Part shown: positions 46,917 to 55,522 of the stretch, piece by piece
How the letters are laid out: each line of letters begins with the position of its first letter
Numbering within the stretch: position 1 is the first letter of the stretch
DNA from: a virus
Lineage: Duplodnaviria > Caudoviricetes
Virus record (IMG/VR): IMGVR_UViG_3300029258_003280
Span: 1 to 55,522 of that record
Reading direction: 5' to 3' (one strand)
DNA: 55,522 nt
The notes under the pieces: model-generated
The model's database searches: none
What the model saw: the letters and a program-made list of their open reading frames with translations, nothing else
Told to the model about the DNA's origin: nothing
Position numbers and translations under genes: made by a program

Positions 46917-48830
46917 ATGCCCAAGAAAAAAGTGAGGGTTAATAGGACGGAAGAATTCGATGAGGAATTGCCGGAAAACGAAGAAGAGGAAGAAGAAGAT
47001 GATGGCCCCAAGCGGAAAACAAAATTACCCAAAATAGTAGAAGATATTCTGCTTGGCGAGATAACGGAGGTTCCCCCGGCCTATCAAGACTGGTCTATGC
47101 ATCTGATGCGATGGGCCCCGAAATACACGAGCGACAACAAATGGGAGCTCATAACCGGCCGCATCAGAAAAATCGACACCTTGACACCCTACAAGGATGT
47201 CGAAGAGGTAGCCGAAAGCGAGCACGGCGGAGGCACATATCACGTCAATGTCCTGAATGAAAAAGGCCAGATAGTTACAAGGAGAAAATTTATAATAGAG
47301 GGTCTTCCCAAGGTCACCAGAGAAGACATGAGACATACCACGGAAAAATCACCCCTCTTAAACAATGACGACAAGGAAGAGGGAGCCGATTACTGGCGAA
47401 AGAAAAAAGAGGAATACGAGGCGAAAGCGGAGGCTATGGAGGCTAAAAAACAGTATGAAAAAATGAGCTACCGGGAATCCGAAGAAGAAGAAGACGAAGA
47501 TGACTACAGGCCCGTTACCAATCCATTTATGGTTCCCTCTATGACGCCTCCATACCAAGGGCCCGGATATGTAAACGAGGAAAAACTCAGGCAAAAAATA
47601 GAGAAAGAAGTTTTCGAGAAGTTTTCGCGGCTCGAAGAGGAAAAAGAGAAAAACAGGGAAATCGAAGTTTTAAGAAGCGAGCTTAAAGAGCTTCGGCTGC
47701 TATTAACCGAGAAAGCCAATGCGCCGGACAATGGCTTTACAATGAAAGACGCCATGAAAATTATGTCAGACATGACCAACAAGGTGCTTGAAGCAAGGCA
47801 GGCCACAATTCCACCGGCGAGCGAGGATTCCAAGATGAGCGCCTTTGCGGCAATGATTACTCAGGCGATGCAGGGCGTCAACACGATGATGATGAACACT
47901 ATGCAGCAAACAGCTTCGGCTCAGCAGGAAATTCTCATGCAGAGCATTAAAAATGCGATGGCCCCTCCCGGCGAAAGAGACTGGAAGCTCGAACTGATAA
48001 ACAAGGGCGCCGACACCATGAAGGAGTTTGTCGGCAGTATCGTTGATGCTAACAAGAGCAGAAACGAGGTCGAAAAGAAAAAGCTCGAACTTTATGGCAA
48101 TATCAAGCCGGTGATGATACCGAAGAACATGGTAAAAACTCCTCAGCAGTCGCAAGCTCAGCAGCCTCCACAACCGCGGCAACCGCGGCAAGCTCAGCAG
48201 CCTCCACAACCGCGGCAACCAGAATACCAGGAAGTTACGGAAGCGCAGGCAAGGGAAATAATGCAGCGAGCGGAAAAACTCCAACACGAAGCCATCGCGG
48301 CATACCTGAGCGGCCAGAGTCCAGCATTCTTTGCAAGAAAGACATTACAGATAGCCGGGCAGGAAGTAACCAACTGGCTACGCGAAAACCCGAATTTGGA
48401 GACGTTACGCCAGCTTGCCCATGAACAAAAGGGAGATGCCGGTTTACAGGAGTTTGACAAATATATCACCAACAACCCGCAAGCCCGGGGATGGGTCGAA
48501 CAATGGCTCGGAGGTCTAACAGAAACATTCCATAGAGTTGACAAACAGTCCGGGGAACCGATTCAACAAGCCACTCAACACCCAAGACAACATGAAATAA
48601 TACAGGGGAATTTCAAGGTCGAAGAGCCGGAAGATGACGGAGATGAAGAGGATGAATACCTCGACATAGACGACTATGAAGAATTGCCGGGCGATGATTT
48701 TGAGAAAACAGAAAAAAAATTAGGGCAAGAAAAAGGCCTAAAAAACAATGAACAATCGGCCGAAAGCCCTTCAAATGCTAAGGATAAAGTGAATATGCCC
48801 GAAAATGCCGTAGGCGAACGTACAATATAA
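46917..48830 (+). CDS. Large acidic coiled-coil protein with Met/Gln-rich and Gln/Pro repeat regions
   Basis: AAGGAGG RBS; 637 aa; 33-bp duplication at 48152-48184 and 48188-48220. Confidence 0.75.
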   Translation: MPKKKVRVNRTEEFDEELPENEEEEEEDDGPKRKTKLPKIVEDILLGEITEVPPAYQDWSMHLMRWAPKYTSDNKWELITGRIRKIDTLTPYKDVEEVAESEHGGGTYHVNVLNEKGQIVTRRKFIIEGLPKVTREDMRHTTEKSPLLNNDDKEEGADYWRKKKEEYEAKAEAMEAKKQYEKMSYRESEEEEDEDDYRPVTNPFMVPSMTPPYQGPGYVNEEKLRQKIEKEVFEKFSRLEEEKEKNREIEVLRSELKELRLLLTEKANAPDNGFTMKDAMKIMSDMTNKVLEARQATIPPASEDSKMSAFAAMITQAMQGVNTMMMNTMQQTASAQQEILMQSIKNAMAPPGERDWKLELINKGADTMKEFVGSIVDANKSRNEVEKKKLELYGNIKPVMIPKNMVKTPQQSQAQQPPQPRQPRQAQQPPQPRQPEYQEVTEAQAREIMQRAEKLQHEAIAAYLSGQSPAFFARKTLQIAGQEVTNWLRENPNLETLRQLAHEQKGDAGLQEFDKYITNNPQARGWVEQWLGGLTETFHRVDKQSGEPIQQATQHPRQHEIIQGNFKVEEPEDDGDEEDEYLDIDDYEELPGDDFEKTEKKLGQEKGLKNNEQSAESPSNAKDKVNMPENAVGERTI

Positions 48831-48894
48831 AACGGAAATAAAAAAAATATTTCAGAAAAAAATAATTGACTTCGCTTATTGAGGGTGTATTTTT

Positions 48895-49104
48895 ATGACA
48901 GCTAAGGATAACAAGCCCGACTTGGACAGTATGATTGACAAGGGCTTGGAGCTCCTTGAAAAACAGAATGAGATTGAGGCAAAGAAAGAATTTCTCAATT
49001 TGGTAAAGCGTCATGGTTTGGCTATTTGGCATGCTCTCGTGGGTTTTATCTTGCGCGACCCGGGCGAGATAAAAAAATATAACGACACCTTGCCAAAAAA
49101 GTAA
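48895..49104 (+). CDS. Hypothetical protein
   Basis: Short ORF with GAGG upstream. Confidence 0.5.
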   Translation: MTAKDNKPDLDSMIDKGLELLEKQNEIEAKKEFLNLVKRHGLAIWHALVGFILRDPGEIKKYNDTLPKK

Positions 49105-49122
49105 ATCGCCGCCCTGAATATC

Positions 49123-49166
49123 AGGCCCGCGATGAACCAGAATGTTCATGGCGGGCTTTTTGTTTT
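49123..49166 (+). terminator. Intrinsic terminator upstream of the structural operon
   Basis: GCCCGCGATGAAC / GTTCATGGCGGGC stem followed by TTTTTGTTTT. Confidence 0.7.
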
Positions 49167-49177
49167 GAGGACGGCGA

Positions 49178-49744
49178 ATGCCAATACATGAGATTTGTAC
49201 CACCGGCGAAGTACCGGTAAGAGTGCAAAAAATCAACATCCCAAACGGTAATGCCGGGATAATGGTTTCGGCTAAGAAGATAGTCGAGCTTATCCGGGAA
49301 TATTCCGCAAATCAGGAACGCATTCGCTTTCTCGCCGAAGATATCACCAGAGGTTGCAGGTCTAAGGATTATCTCTGCAATGCAAAAAGCGTCTATGATT
49401 GGGTTAAGGCCAATATCAAGTGGGACAGAGACCCGGATGGCATGGAAATGCTTCGCTCGCCCATTGTCACTCTCGACAGGCGGGTGGGGGACTGCGATGA
49501 CCATACCATTCTTATAGCGTCTCTTCTCAAGAGCATTGGTATGCCGGTCAGAATCGTGCTTATAGCGTCCCGGAGTTACCGGCCCGAAATATACAACCAT
49601 GTTTTAGTGGAAACTCTCGCGCCCGTAAACGGCGAGATGAAATGGGTTGCAATCGACACGACGCCTCTGGATGTAAACGGTAAGTATTTTCCCTTCGGCG
49701 TCAGGCCTCCTTCATATAAAGCGAAGGTAATGGAGGTAAGATGA
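49178..49744 (+). CDS. Transglutaminase-like cysteine protease or transpeptidase
   Basis: GDCDD..ILIASLL..IG, NHVLVE and W.AIDTT give a Cys-His-Asp triad. Confidence 0.85.
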   Translation: MPIHEICTTGEVPVRVQKINIPNGNAGIMVSAKKIVELIREYSANQERIRFLAEDITRGCRSKDYLCNAKSVYDWVKANIKWDRDPDGMEMLRSPIVTLDRRVGDCDDHTILIASLLKSIGMPVRIVLIASRSYRPEIYNHVLVETLAPVNGEMKWVAIDTTPLDVNGKYFPFGVRPPSYKAKVMEVR

Positions 49745-50604
49745 AATACAGCGACAACCCGGCAGCGTTGCTTCTTGTACCACTTTTCCTGCTGGTAGGC
49801 GGCGGCGTAGCGGCGGCCGCGGTGATAGCAAAAAAGAAAAAAGAGCCGCAACCCGTCCCGGTGCCGCCCGGGTCGTTCAATTATCCATACGGCGAGCAGC
49901 CCACTAACCAACCCACAGCCAAGGATGCTCCCTACGGCGCGAACCCAGCCGAGATGATTAAGACGGCACAGGAACAATACAAGCAATATGGCCCGGGGAT
50001 AAAAGATGCGGCCCAGACGGCCTACGACATATTCAAAAGCGGCGAGACCCCGCCCGAAAAACCCGCCCAAAAATCAATCTCGGAAATGAGCAGCAAGGAA
50101 ATGTCTATATACTTCGAGCAGCGAGACAAGACTACCGGCAAAAAACCCACCGATGAGGAAATGAAGGAATACTTCCGTAAACTCGAAGAAGAGGAAGCCA
50201 AGAAAGCCGATGCCGAGGGTAAGGCTAAACCCGGAGACCTCGACAAGGCCAAGAAAGCGGCGGGGCCGCTCTCTCTTGTGACCGGAGCGGGAAAGCTCGC
50301 ATGGGCTGGCGTCTCCGGAGCGGCCAAGGGTGTAGCGGCCGGTGTATCCGCGGCGGCGCCCATCCTCTTGCCGTTGGCGGCGGTTGCGGCCGTCGGTGTC
50401 GCGGTCAACAGCTATCGTATGGTACAGAAAAAGTATGATAAATATGACGACCTTTACGATGCCCATCGCGCCAACGCAATAATTTATGACCAGGGTACCC
50501 AGAAACTAAACGAAGCCATCGCGACGTTAAAGTTAGCCAAGAATGACCTTTTACGAAAAATAGAAAACATGAAAACAATCGTCAATGCGGTGACCGGAGG
50601 ATAA
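49741..50604 (+). CDS. Virion membrane protein
   Basis: NP followed by a TM segment at the N-terminus; a second Ala/Gly-rich TM; coiled-coil C-terminus. Confidence 0.65.
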   Translation: MKYSDNPAALLLVPLFLLVGGGVAAAAVIAKKKKEPQPVPVPPGSFNYPYGEQPTNQPTAKDAPYGANPAEMIKTAQEQYKQYGPGIKDAAQTAYDIFKSGETPPEKPAQKSISEMSSKEMSIYFEQRDKTTGKKPTDEEMKEYFRKLEEEEAKKADAEGKAKPGDLDKAKKAAGPLSLVTGAGKLAWAGVSGAAKGVAAGVSAAAPILLPLAAVAAVGVAVNSYRMVQKKYDKYDDLYDAHRANAIIYDQGTQKLNEAIATLKLAKNDLLRKIENMKTIVNAVTGG

Positions 50605-50605
50605 C

Positions 50606-51037
50606 ATGCCGCTTCAATATGTAAAGTACAAGAAACCATTCCCCCGGATGCAAGTTCCGGGCATGGGGAGTCTCGGCCGGTCAGTCCAGCAAAAACGCAA
50701 AAGAAAAAAACAGGCCGAAAGAGCGTTTGCCCTAATGCAGCTTCGCAAAAAAGAATTTGAAGAAGCACAAATGAAAGCCGAGGAACTCAAGGTCGAAGTC
50801 GAGGAATTAGGTAAGGTTTTGGGAGTCCTCGCCGAGGTTGCGAAGATAAAGGGAGTCCCCGAAGATAAGATAAATTCCATAGTCGAGGGAAAAGGGGGCC
50901 TCGCCAAGGTAATGGAAGCCGCCAAGAAAGGCCCGCCCGAAGGAGGCGAGAAGCTTTCCCCCACCGAGCAAGCGGCCCTCCAAGCGAAGGCCGCCGAAAA
51001 CCTGAAAAAGAGAATTGGTCGCGGATTTTGGAGTTAA
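50606..51037 (+). CDS. Basic coiled-coil virion protein
   Basis: GGAGG RBS; GMGSLG motif. Confidence 0.6.
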   Translation: MPLQYVKYKKPFPRMQVPGMGSLGRSVQQKRKRKKQAERAFALMQLRKKEFEEAQMKAEELKVEVEELGKVLGVLAEVAKIKGVPEDKINSIVEGKGGLAKVMEAAKKGPPEGGEKLSPTEQAALQAKAAENLKKRIGRGFWS

Positions 51038-51048
51038 AAGGAGGAAAC

Positions 51049-51309
51049 ATGAAGCGAAGAGGAAGAGCCAAGCTGCCGAGAGGCTACTATCTTTGCAATA
51101 CTGCCAAAAAGGGCGGGTTACAGGCGGCGGACAGCATGGAGACTATGCCGGTTGTCGCCAACATGGGACAGGAAGATGCCGGGCCCATAGAGTACAGGAC
51201 GGTAGAGACCGCAATGGCCGGGGCGGCATTACTCGGAACAGCCATAAGGGTCGGCGTCATCGCGCTTCTGGGCTATCTCGGATACAAGGTAGTGAAAGGT
51301 GAAATATAA
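51049..51309 (+). CDS. Small membrane protein
   Basis: ATG 51049 after AAGGAGG; C-terminal TM segment. Confidence 0.65.
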   Translation: MKRRGRAKLPRGYYLCNTAKKGGLQAADSMETMPVVANMGQEDAGPIEYRTVETAMAGAALLGTAIRVGVIALLGYLGYKVVKGEI

Positions 51310-52271
51310 TGCCTTTTCGCAGGAAAGAATCTGAGCTCGCATCGGATATGAGGATGCATTGGCTCAACAATAAATACAAAAATGGAACTCAAAGAGATGT
51401 TATGACGCCCGACATGGTAGAGAGCTACGGGGCCCGGTTAAGGGCCCGGATAAGGCCCAAGGCGATTATCGACAAGTCGGGCATAAAAGAAACATTCTCT
51501 TTCGAGGCACCGGCAAGAGATTCAAGACTTGGAGCATACAAGGAGGTAAATATGAGGGGACGCTCGAAAAGCGCCTACAATATCATTACCGGAAAGGGCG
51601 AAACAGCCAAAAAGAGAATGGTGTTGACCGCCGCCGATAGCGGCCAACCTGCCGGGGTGAGCGATTATGTCACCACGCAGCAGATGCAGGGACTCGGGCA
51701 GACGGTCTCGGCCGAAGACCTCTGGAGGAGAGACCTTGACGATTTCAGCAAGGACATTCAGGGGATGCACATGTTCACAACCAACAGCCAAGAGATACGC
51801 TACTACACCAAAGGGCGTACTCTTGTGGACAACGGCAAACAGATATTTGCCAACAACCCGCAGATGCTTGCCGCCATCGCGCCGATAGAAGGCGAGCTCG
51901 GCAGATGGCGCGACCATAGGGCATGGGCCTTGACTCAGCAGCAGGGAACCGAAAACAGGGTTTCCATAGGCAAGATTCAGGACAGGATGATTAACGCGCT
52001 CAACTATGCCAGGACGGCGATGGGTATAGCGGCCATCCCGGGCGGAAACATTATCCCCGAGATGAACATACCGGAAGGCCAGCTTCCGAATATACCCGGC
52101 GCCCCCGGGACTCCGCAGCCGCCGCCGCCCGCGCCTCCAGTCCAAGCGACGCCGAGCGAAAAGGCGCTCGCGCCGAGGTCATGGTTGCAGAAAAACAAAA
52201 CTCTTGTTGCGGGTGCGGCATTCTTAACCCTGCTTATAGGCGGGTATGTCTGGATGCAAAGACAAGGATAA
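51309..52271 (+). CDS. Virion protein with a Pro-rich linker and C-terminal membrane anchor
   Basis: GVSDYV and GLGQ motifs; PQPPPPAPP; TM LVAGAAFLTLLIGGYVW. Confidence 0.65.
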   Translation: MPFRRKESELASDMRMHWLNNKYKNGTQRDVMTPDMVESYGARLRARIRPKAIIDKSGIKETFSFEAPARDSRLGAYKEVNMRGRSKSAYNIITGKGETAKKRMVLTAADSGQPAGVSDYVTTQQMQGLGQTVSAEDLWRRDLDDFSKDIQGMHMFTTNSQEIRYYTKGRTLVDNGKQIFANNPQMLAAIAPIEGELGRWRDHRAWALTQQQGTENRVSIGKIQDRMINALNYARTAMGIAAIPGGNIIPEMNIPEGQLPNIPGAPGTPQPPPPAPPVQATPSEKALAPRSWLQKNKTLVAGAAFLTLLIGGYVWMQRQG

Positions 52272-52273
52272 CA

Positions 52274-52615
52274 ATGGGAAAACCGGCATATATAAAAATC
52301 AATGGCAAGACCGTAAAAGGCGAATGGCTTGAACCGGATGAGATGCCCTTCATAGCCAATCCGCAGGTTGCCAATACGGTCATGTTTATTGCTGGTGCCG
52401 GGCTTGCGGCTATGAAAGCTATTCGAAACATTTCAGGAGTCGCCCTGAACCCGCCCCTGAGAACCAAAATTCAGAGGGCTCTTCCTTGGGCGTTCGCATC
52501 GGGCATTACTTTGTTGGTGGCACCGGCATGCGGCAAGGCCAAGAATCCCTTGAGGGTTATCGCCGCTCTTCTGGGTCTCAAAGCGGTCAACGACTATGTA
52601 AGGAAGGAAGACTAA
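52274..52615 (+). CDS. Small membrane protein with three NP motifs
   Basis: ATG 52274; IANP, ALNP and AKNP each precede a hydrophobic helix. Confidence 0.6.
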   Translation: MGKPAYIKINGKTVKGEWLEPDEMPFIANPQVANTVMFIAGAGLAAMKAIRNISGVALNPPLRTKIQRALPWAFASGITLLVAPACGKAKNPLRVIAALLGLKAVNDYVRKED

Positions 52616-53484
52616 TGGCCGATGAGGTCGTGACAATCAGCATAGGCGGAAAGCTCCGTACTTTCACGAGCAGGCCCTTGGGCCCCGAGGATGCGTCAAC
52701 GGCCCGGAAAAGTCTCGCCGTCTTCTATCAGACCGGCGAAGAGCTTAAGGTTTGGCGCGAAAACCTGATGGGGTTAAGGGACATAGCCTATACTCAATGG
52801 CCCGAGTTTGTCAGAATGAAAATGCTTCCCCTTATACCAAAAATGACAGAAGAGCAGTACAGGCTCTTCGAGCAGGTAGATAATCGAATAAAAGAGACCT
52901 ATGACCTAATGTCCGGTCAGTATGGCAAGGCTCAGTCCGATTGGGACTCTCTCCTTCCCCATATGACCAAGATGAAGGAAGAGCTCGGGATGGCGGGTTT
53001 CGGATATCTGGGAAACCCAGTCCCCATCCTTATTATTATCGCGGTCATAGCGGTCGCGGCCTCCGCCGCAACGGTCGGCACTATGGTTTATCTCAGAGAA
53101 AAAGAAATTTCGGACAGGGCCTTGCAGCCAATCAAGGCATATAACGAAGCGGTCACCAAGAAGGTGGAGCTAACCGAACAGACCATAGGCAGAATTGAAC
53201 AGCTTAACAGGGATATAATCAACGAAACCGACAAGGCCAAGCAGGATATCATGGTCAGGACTTATAATGATACGGTCGATGGTTATCTCTCGGCCTTGGG
53301 GACTCTCAAGGATGTAGAAAAAACCATACCAGACATTATAGAAAAACAGGCTAAATTCGAGAAGGCGGTATCAGAAGGGAACGGGCCTCTGGGCTGGATG
53401 AGACATATTCCCCTTATACTTCTGGGGGTGGTTGGGGTAATGGTAGCTCCGTCAATAGCACAATCATTACCTAAAAGGAAATAG
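52615..53484 (+). CDS. Two-TM coiled-coil virion membrane protein
   Basis: ATG 52615 overlaps the upstream stop; GFGYLGNP precedes the first TM. Confidence 0.65.
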   Translation: MADEVVTISIGGKLRTFTSRPLGPEDASTARKSLAVFYQTGEELKVWRENLMGLRDIAYTQWPEFVRMKMLPLIPKMTEEQYRLFEQVDNRIKETYDLMSGQYGKAQSDWDSLLPHMTKMKEELGMAGFGYLGNPVPILIIIAVIAVAASAATVGTMVYLREKEISDRALQPIKAYNEAVTKKVELTEQTIGRIEQLNRDIINETDKAKQDIMVRTYNDTVDGYLSALGTLKDVEKTIPDIIEKQAKFEKAVSEGNGPLGWMRHIPLILLGVVGVMVAPSIAQSLPKRK

Positions 53485-53486
53485 AG

Positions 53487-54326
53487 ATGGCAAATTATTT
53501 GTTCAAAAACCCGGGTAAAGGCAAAAGACGGCCGCCTAAAGAGTGGTTTTACTATACGGTCGAAAGGGTGAAGCAAAAACTGAAAAAGCGCGGTTTCAAA
53601 CATCGTCCGGGAAGCCCGTACAAGACCATACCTCAAGTTGCCAAGGCGATAGTCGGCGGTATGTGGTGGGGGACGACCGATGGACTCCACGAAAGCACGA
53701 AGCGCGACATTATAAGCGAAGTCATTAAAAACAGGGCCAAGGGCAAGGCCGCCGTGGTTACCAGCGATGGCACATTAACAAAGAAAGAAGTCAAGAGCGA
53801 GGTCGGCAAAAAGGCGGCCGAGAGCATATACAAGAAACTAAAGCTCACGAAGACGGAAATCAAAGAAGCCAAACAATTAAAGCGGGGAGTTCCCGCTATC
53901 GAACGGATAGCCGAGAGGCGAATGGTCGCTCCCAATCCTTCATTGCTTGTTGTTACCGGCAATCCGGGTATAGATTTATATGACAAGGGCAATCCTCCAT
54001 CGCTCGAAGACTTCAAGGAAGCCTATCCCGAGCTCTGGAAGGCCGCCATGAAACAATATAAGAAATTTCATGGCGTAGTGCCCGAAACGGTACAGATGCA
54101 ATGGGTTGATTCGGATGTTCCTCCCATACTGATTAAGATGGGAGATGCGCCCGATGTAACCTATCATGTCAAGGGGGCCAGCAAGAAACAGAAAAAGATA
54201 CCCTTTAAGCATGACTACAAGGGCGTTGTACATGTCTGTACCGATGCCAACGGCAGGATGATATTTCACATACCGGACGCCAAAAAAGGCAAAAATGTAA
54301 AAGTTACGGATTGGGTCAGAGGTTAG
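53487..54326 (+). CDS. Basic virion protein with four NP motifs
   Basis: FKNP, APNP, TGNP and KGNP; C-terminal Y.KFHG..G....V.Y......F.H module. Confidence 0.65.
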   Translation: MANYLFKNPGKGKRRPPKEWFYYTVERVKQKLKKRGFKHRPGSPYKTIPQVAKAIVGGMWWGTTDGLHESTKRDIISEVIKNRAKGKAAVVTSDGTLTKKEVKSEVGKKAAESIYKKLKLTKTEIKEAKQLKRGVPAIERIAERRMVAPNPSLLVVTGNPGIDLYDKGNPPSLEDFKEAYPELWKAAMKQYKKFHGVVPETVQMQWVDSDVPPILIKMGDAPDVTYHVKGASKKQKKIPFKHDYKGVVHVCTDANGRMIFHIPDAKKGKNVKVTDWVRG

Positions 54327-54336
54327 GAGAAAAACT

Positions 54337-55503
54337 ATGTGGGTATTTTTAGCGAATCCGCCCGAAAAAACGAAGGGAGGCAGTAAAGTGAGTTCCACTA
54401 CAAGAACGGGCAACAAGTTTCGGTCGCTTGTCAGGAAGCATGGCGTCACCAAGGGCGCCAAGGAATATAGAAAATGGAAGAGGGAGCAAAAACGGAAAAA
54501 GCCCTCTAAGAAGGCCAAGGCGAAAGGAGGAAAGCGTATGGCCAAAAGAGCATCTGGTTACAAGGCGCTCGTCAAGAAACACGGCGTCAAGAAGGCAGCG
54601 AAAATGTGGAGGGGTCGCGGAAAGAAAAAATCTTCGCGCAAATCCACGAAGGGCCGGAAACGCGCAACCGGCTACAAGGCGCTCGTCAAGAAGCACGGCG
54701 TCAAGAAGGCGGCGCGGATGTGGAGAGGTCGCTCGAAGAGCACCAAGAAGCGCTATGCCGCCAATTCATGGTCGGGCGACAAGAAGGGCCATTCCATCGC
54801 TTCGGCGGCGGGATGGGCGAGGCGTAAAGGCGTCCCCGTCCCCATATACCTTTCGCAGCGAGGCTACAGCAAGGCCGCAATCGACAGGTACATCAAGAAG
54901 CATGGCCCGGTCGGCAGAAGCCACAGGTCATACACCAAGACATACCCGGCGCGAAGCGCCAGGTATGCCATGAATCCCCTCGATACCGGCGTGGAAACCG
55001 TAAAAGGCGTCTTCGCCACGGAAACCGCCAAGACGGTTTTCGGTGTCGGTCTCGGATTCGTGGGGGTTGCGCTCGGAAACGCCGTAGTGCGCAGACTCAA
55101 ACCCGCAGCCGGGGGAGCCATGATAATCGGCGGCGAATTCGGCGGCTCGATACTTGCGGGCGCGGCCTATGCGATGGCAACGAAAGATGTCACCAAGGGC
55201 CTCTTGACCGCAAGCTCCGGTATCGCATTGAGCGTCTTCAAATTCGTCTGGGGCAAGTATGTCTCGGGCAGGAGTATATTCGGCCTCACCATGCCCGGCC
55301 TCAGCGACTATGTTGAGCTCCCCTACGGAGTCAGCGACTATGTTGAGCTCCCCTACACGGCGGGTTACGGCATGGGTCAGTCGCTCGATACCGGCATGGG
55401 CCAGTTCCTTCCCCCGGAAGCGGCGGAAGTAGGACAGTTCATTCCCGAGCAGTTCGGAGAATACACGGTAGGCATCGGCGAAGAAGCCGAAGTCGAATAT
55501 TAA
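54337..55503 (+). CDS. Putative DNA-condensing core protein precursor (basic repeats, TM helices, acidic tail)
   Basis: GYKALVKKHGVKKAA.MWRGR twice plus degenerate copies; hydrophobic helices after MNP; SDYVELPY twice (55301-55326 and 55331-55356). Confidence 0.7.
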   Translation: MWVFLANPPEKTKGGSKVSSTTRTGNKFRSLVRKHGVTKGAKEYRKWKREQKRKKPSKKAKAKGGKRMAKRASGYKALVKKHGVKKAAKMWRGRGKKKSSRKSTKGRKRATGYKALVKKHGVKKAARMWRGRSKSTKKRYAANSWSGDKKGHSIASAAGWARRKGVPVPIYLSQRGYSKAAIDRYIKKHGPVGRSHRSYTKTYPARSARYAMNPLDTGVETVKGVFATETAKTVFGVGLGFVGVALGNAVVRRLKPAAGGAMIIGGEFGGSILAGAAYAMATKDVTKGLLTASSGIALSVFKFVWGKYVSGRSIFGLTMPGLSDYVELPYGVSDYVELPYTAGYGMGQSLDTGMGQFLPPEAAEVGQFIPEQFGEYTVGIGEEAEVEY

Positions 55504-55522
55504 ACAATGAAATTTTTCGGGA
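55379..55522. repeat. Terminal direct repeat, right copy
   Basis: Identical to 1-144. Confidence 0.95.

Noticed and set aside
48152-48220. 33-bp tandem duplication as a regulatory repeat
   Set aside because: In-frame with a 36-nt period, encoding a Gln/Pro linker; an ordinary coding expansion.
55379-55522. Biological terminal repeat of a linear genome
   Set aside because: It begins mid-gene and has the size of an assembler overlap, so a circular contig is the simpler reading; physical ends cannot be determined here.

Overview
The window looks like one complete circular genome of a tailless bacterial virus: bases 1-144 are repeated exactly at 55379-55522, giving a unit length of about 55,378 bp. 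The + strand arm (46.9 kb across the junction to 17.2 kb) is a virion module. It has two adjacent paralogous capsid-like proteins (probably single jelly-roll), further beta-rich spike or minor capsid proteins, membrane and very basic core-like proteins, a transglutaminase-like Cys-His-Asp enzyme and a 1518-aa multidomain protein whose modules are separated by Asn-Pro motifs. I recognise no terminase, portal, tail, packaging ATPase, integrase or DNA polymerase. The - strand arm (46.4 to 17.4 kb) holds early and replication genes: primase-helicase, ThyX, MazG-like, RNase H-like, Dam-family methylase, SP-lyase-like radical SAM, HTH regulators and many hypotheticals. The most striking element is a stand-alone Cas7/RAMP-like gene (26890-27543) followed by a hairpin, a boxA-like element and a 435-bp non-coding array with 5-nt periodicity (GT-NNN) punctuated by 6-nt units into roughly 31-nt blocks. 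This is a candidate non-CRISPR RNA-guided system. Other notable signals are a third divergent capsid paralog in the early arm, a covarying pseudoknot upstream of both capsid genes, a bipartite iteron origin, a promoter-terminator-bounded small RNA and apparent GATC avoidance. All protein family calls come from motifs read by eye; no searches were run.
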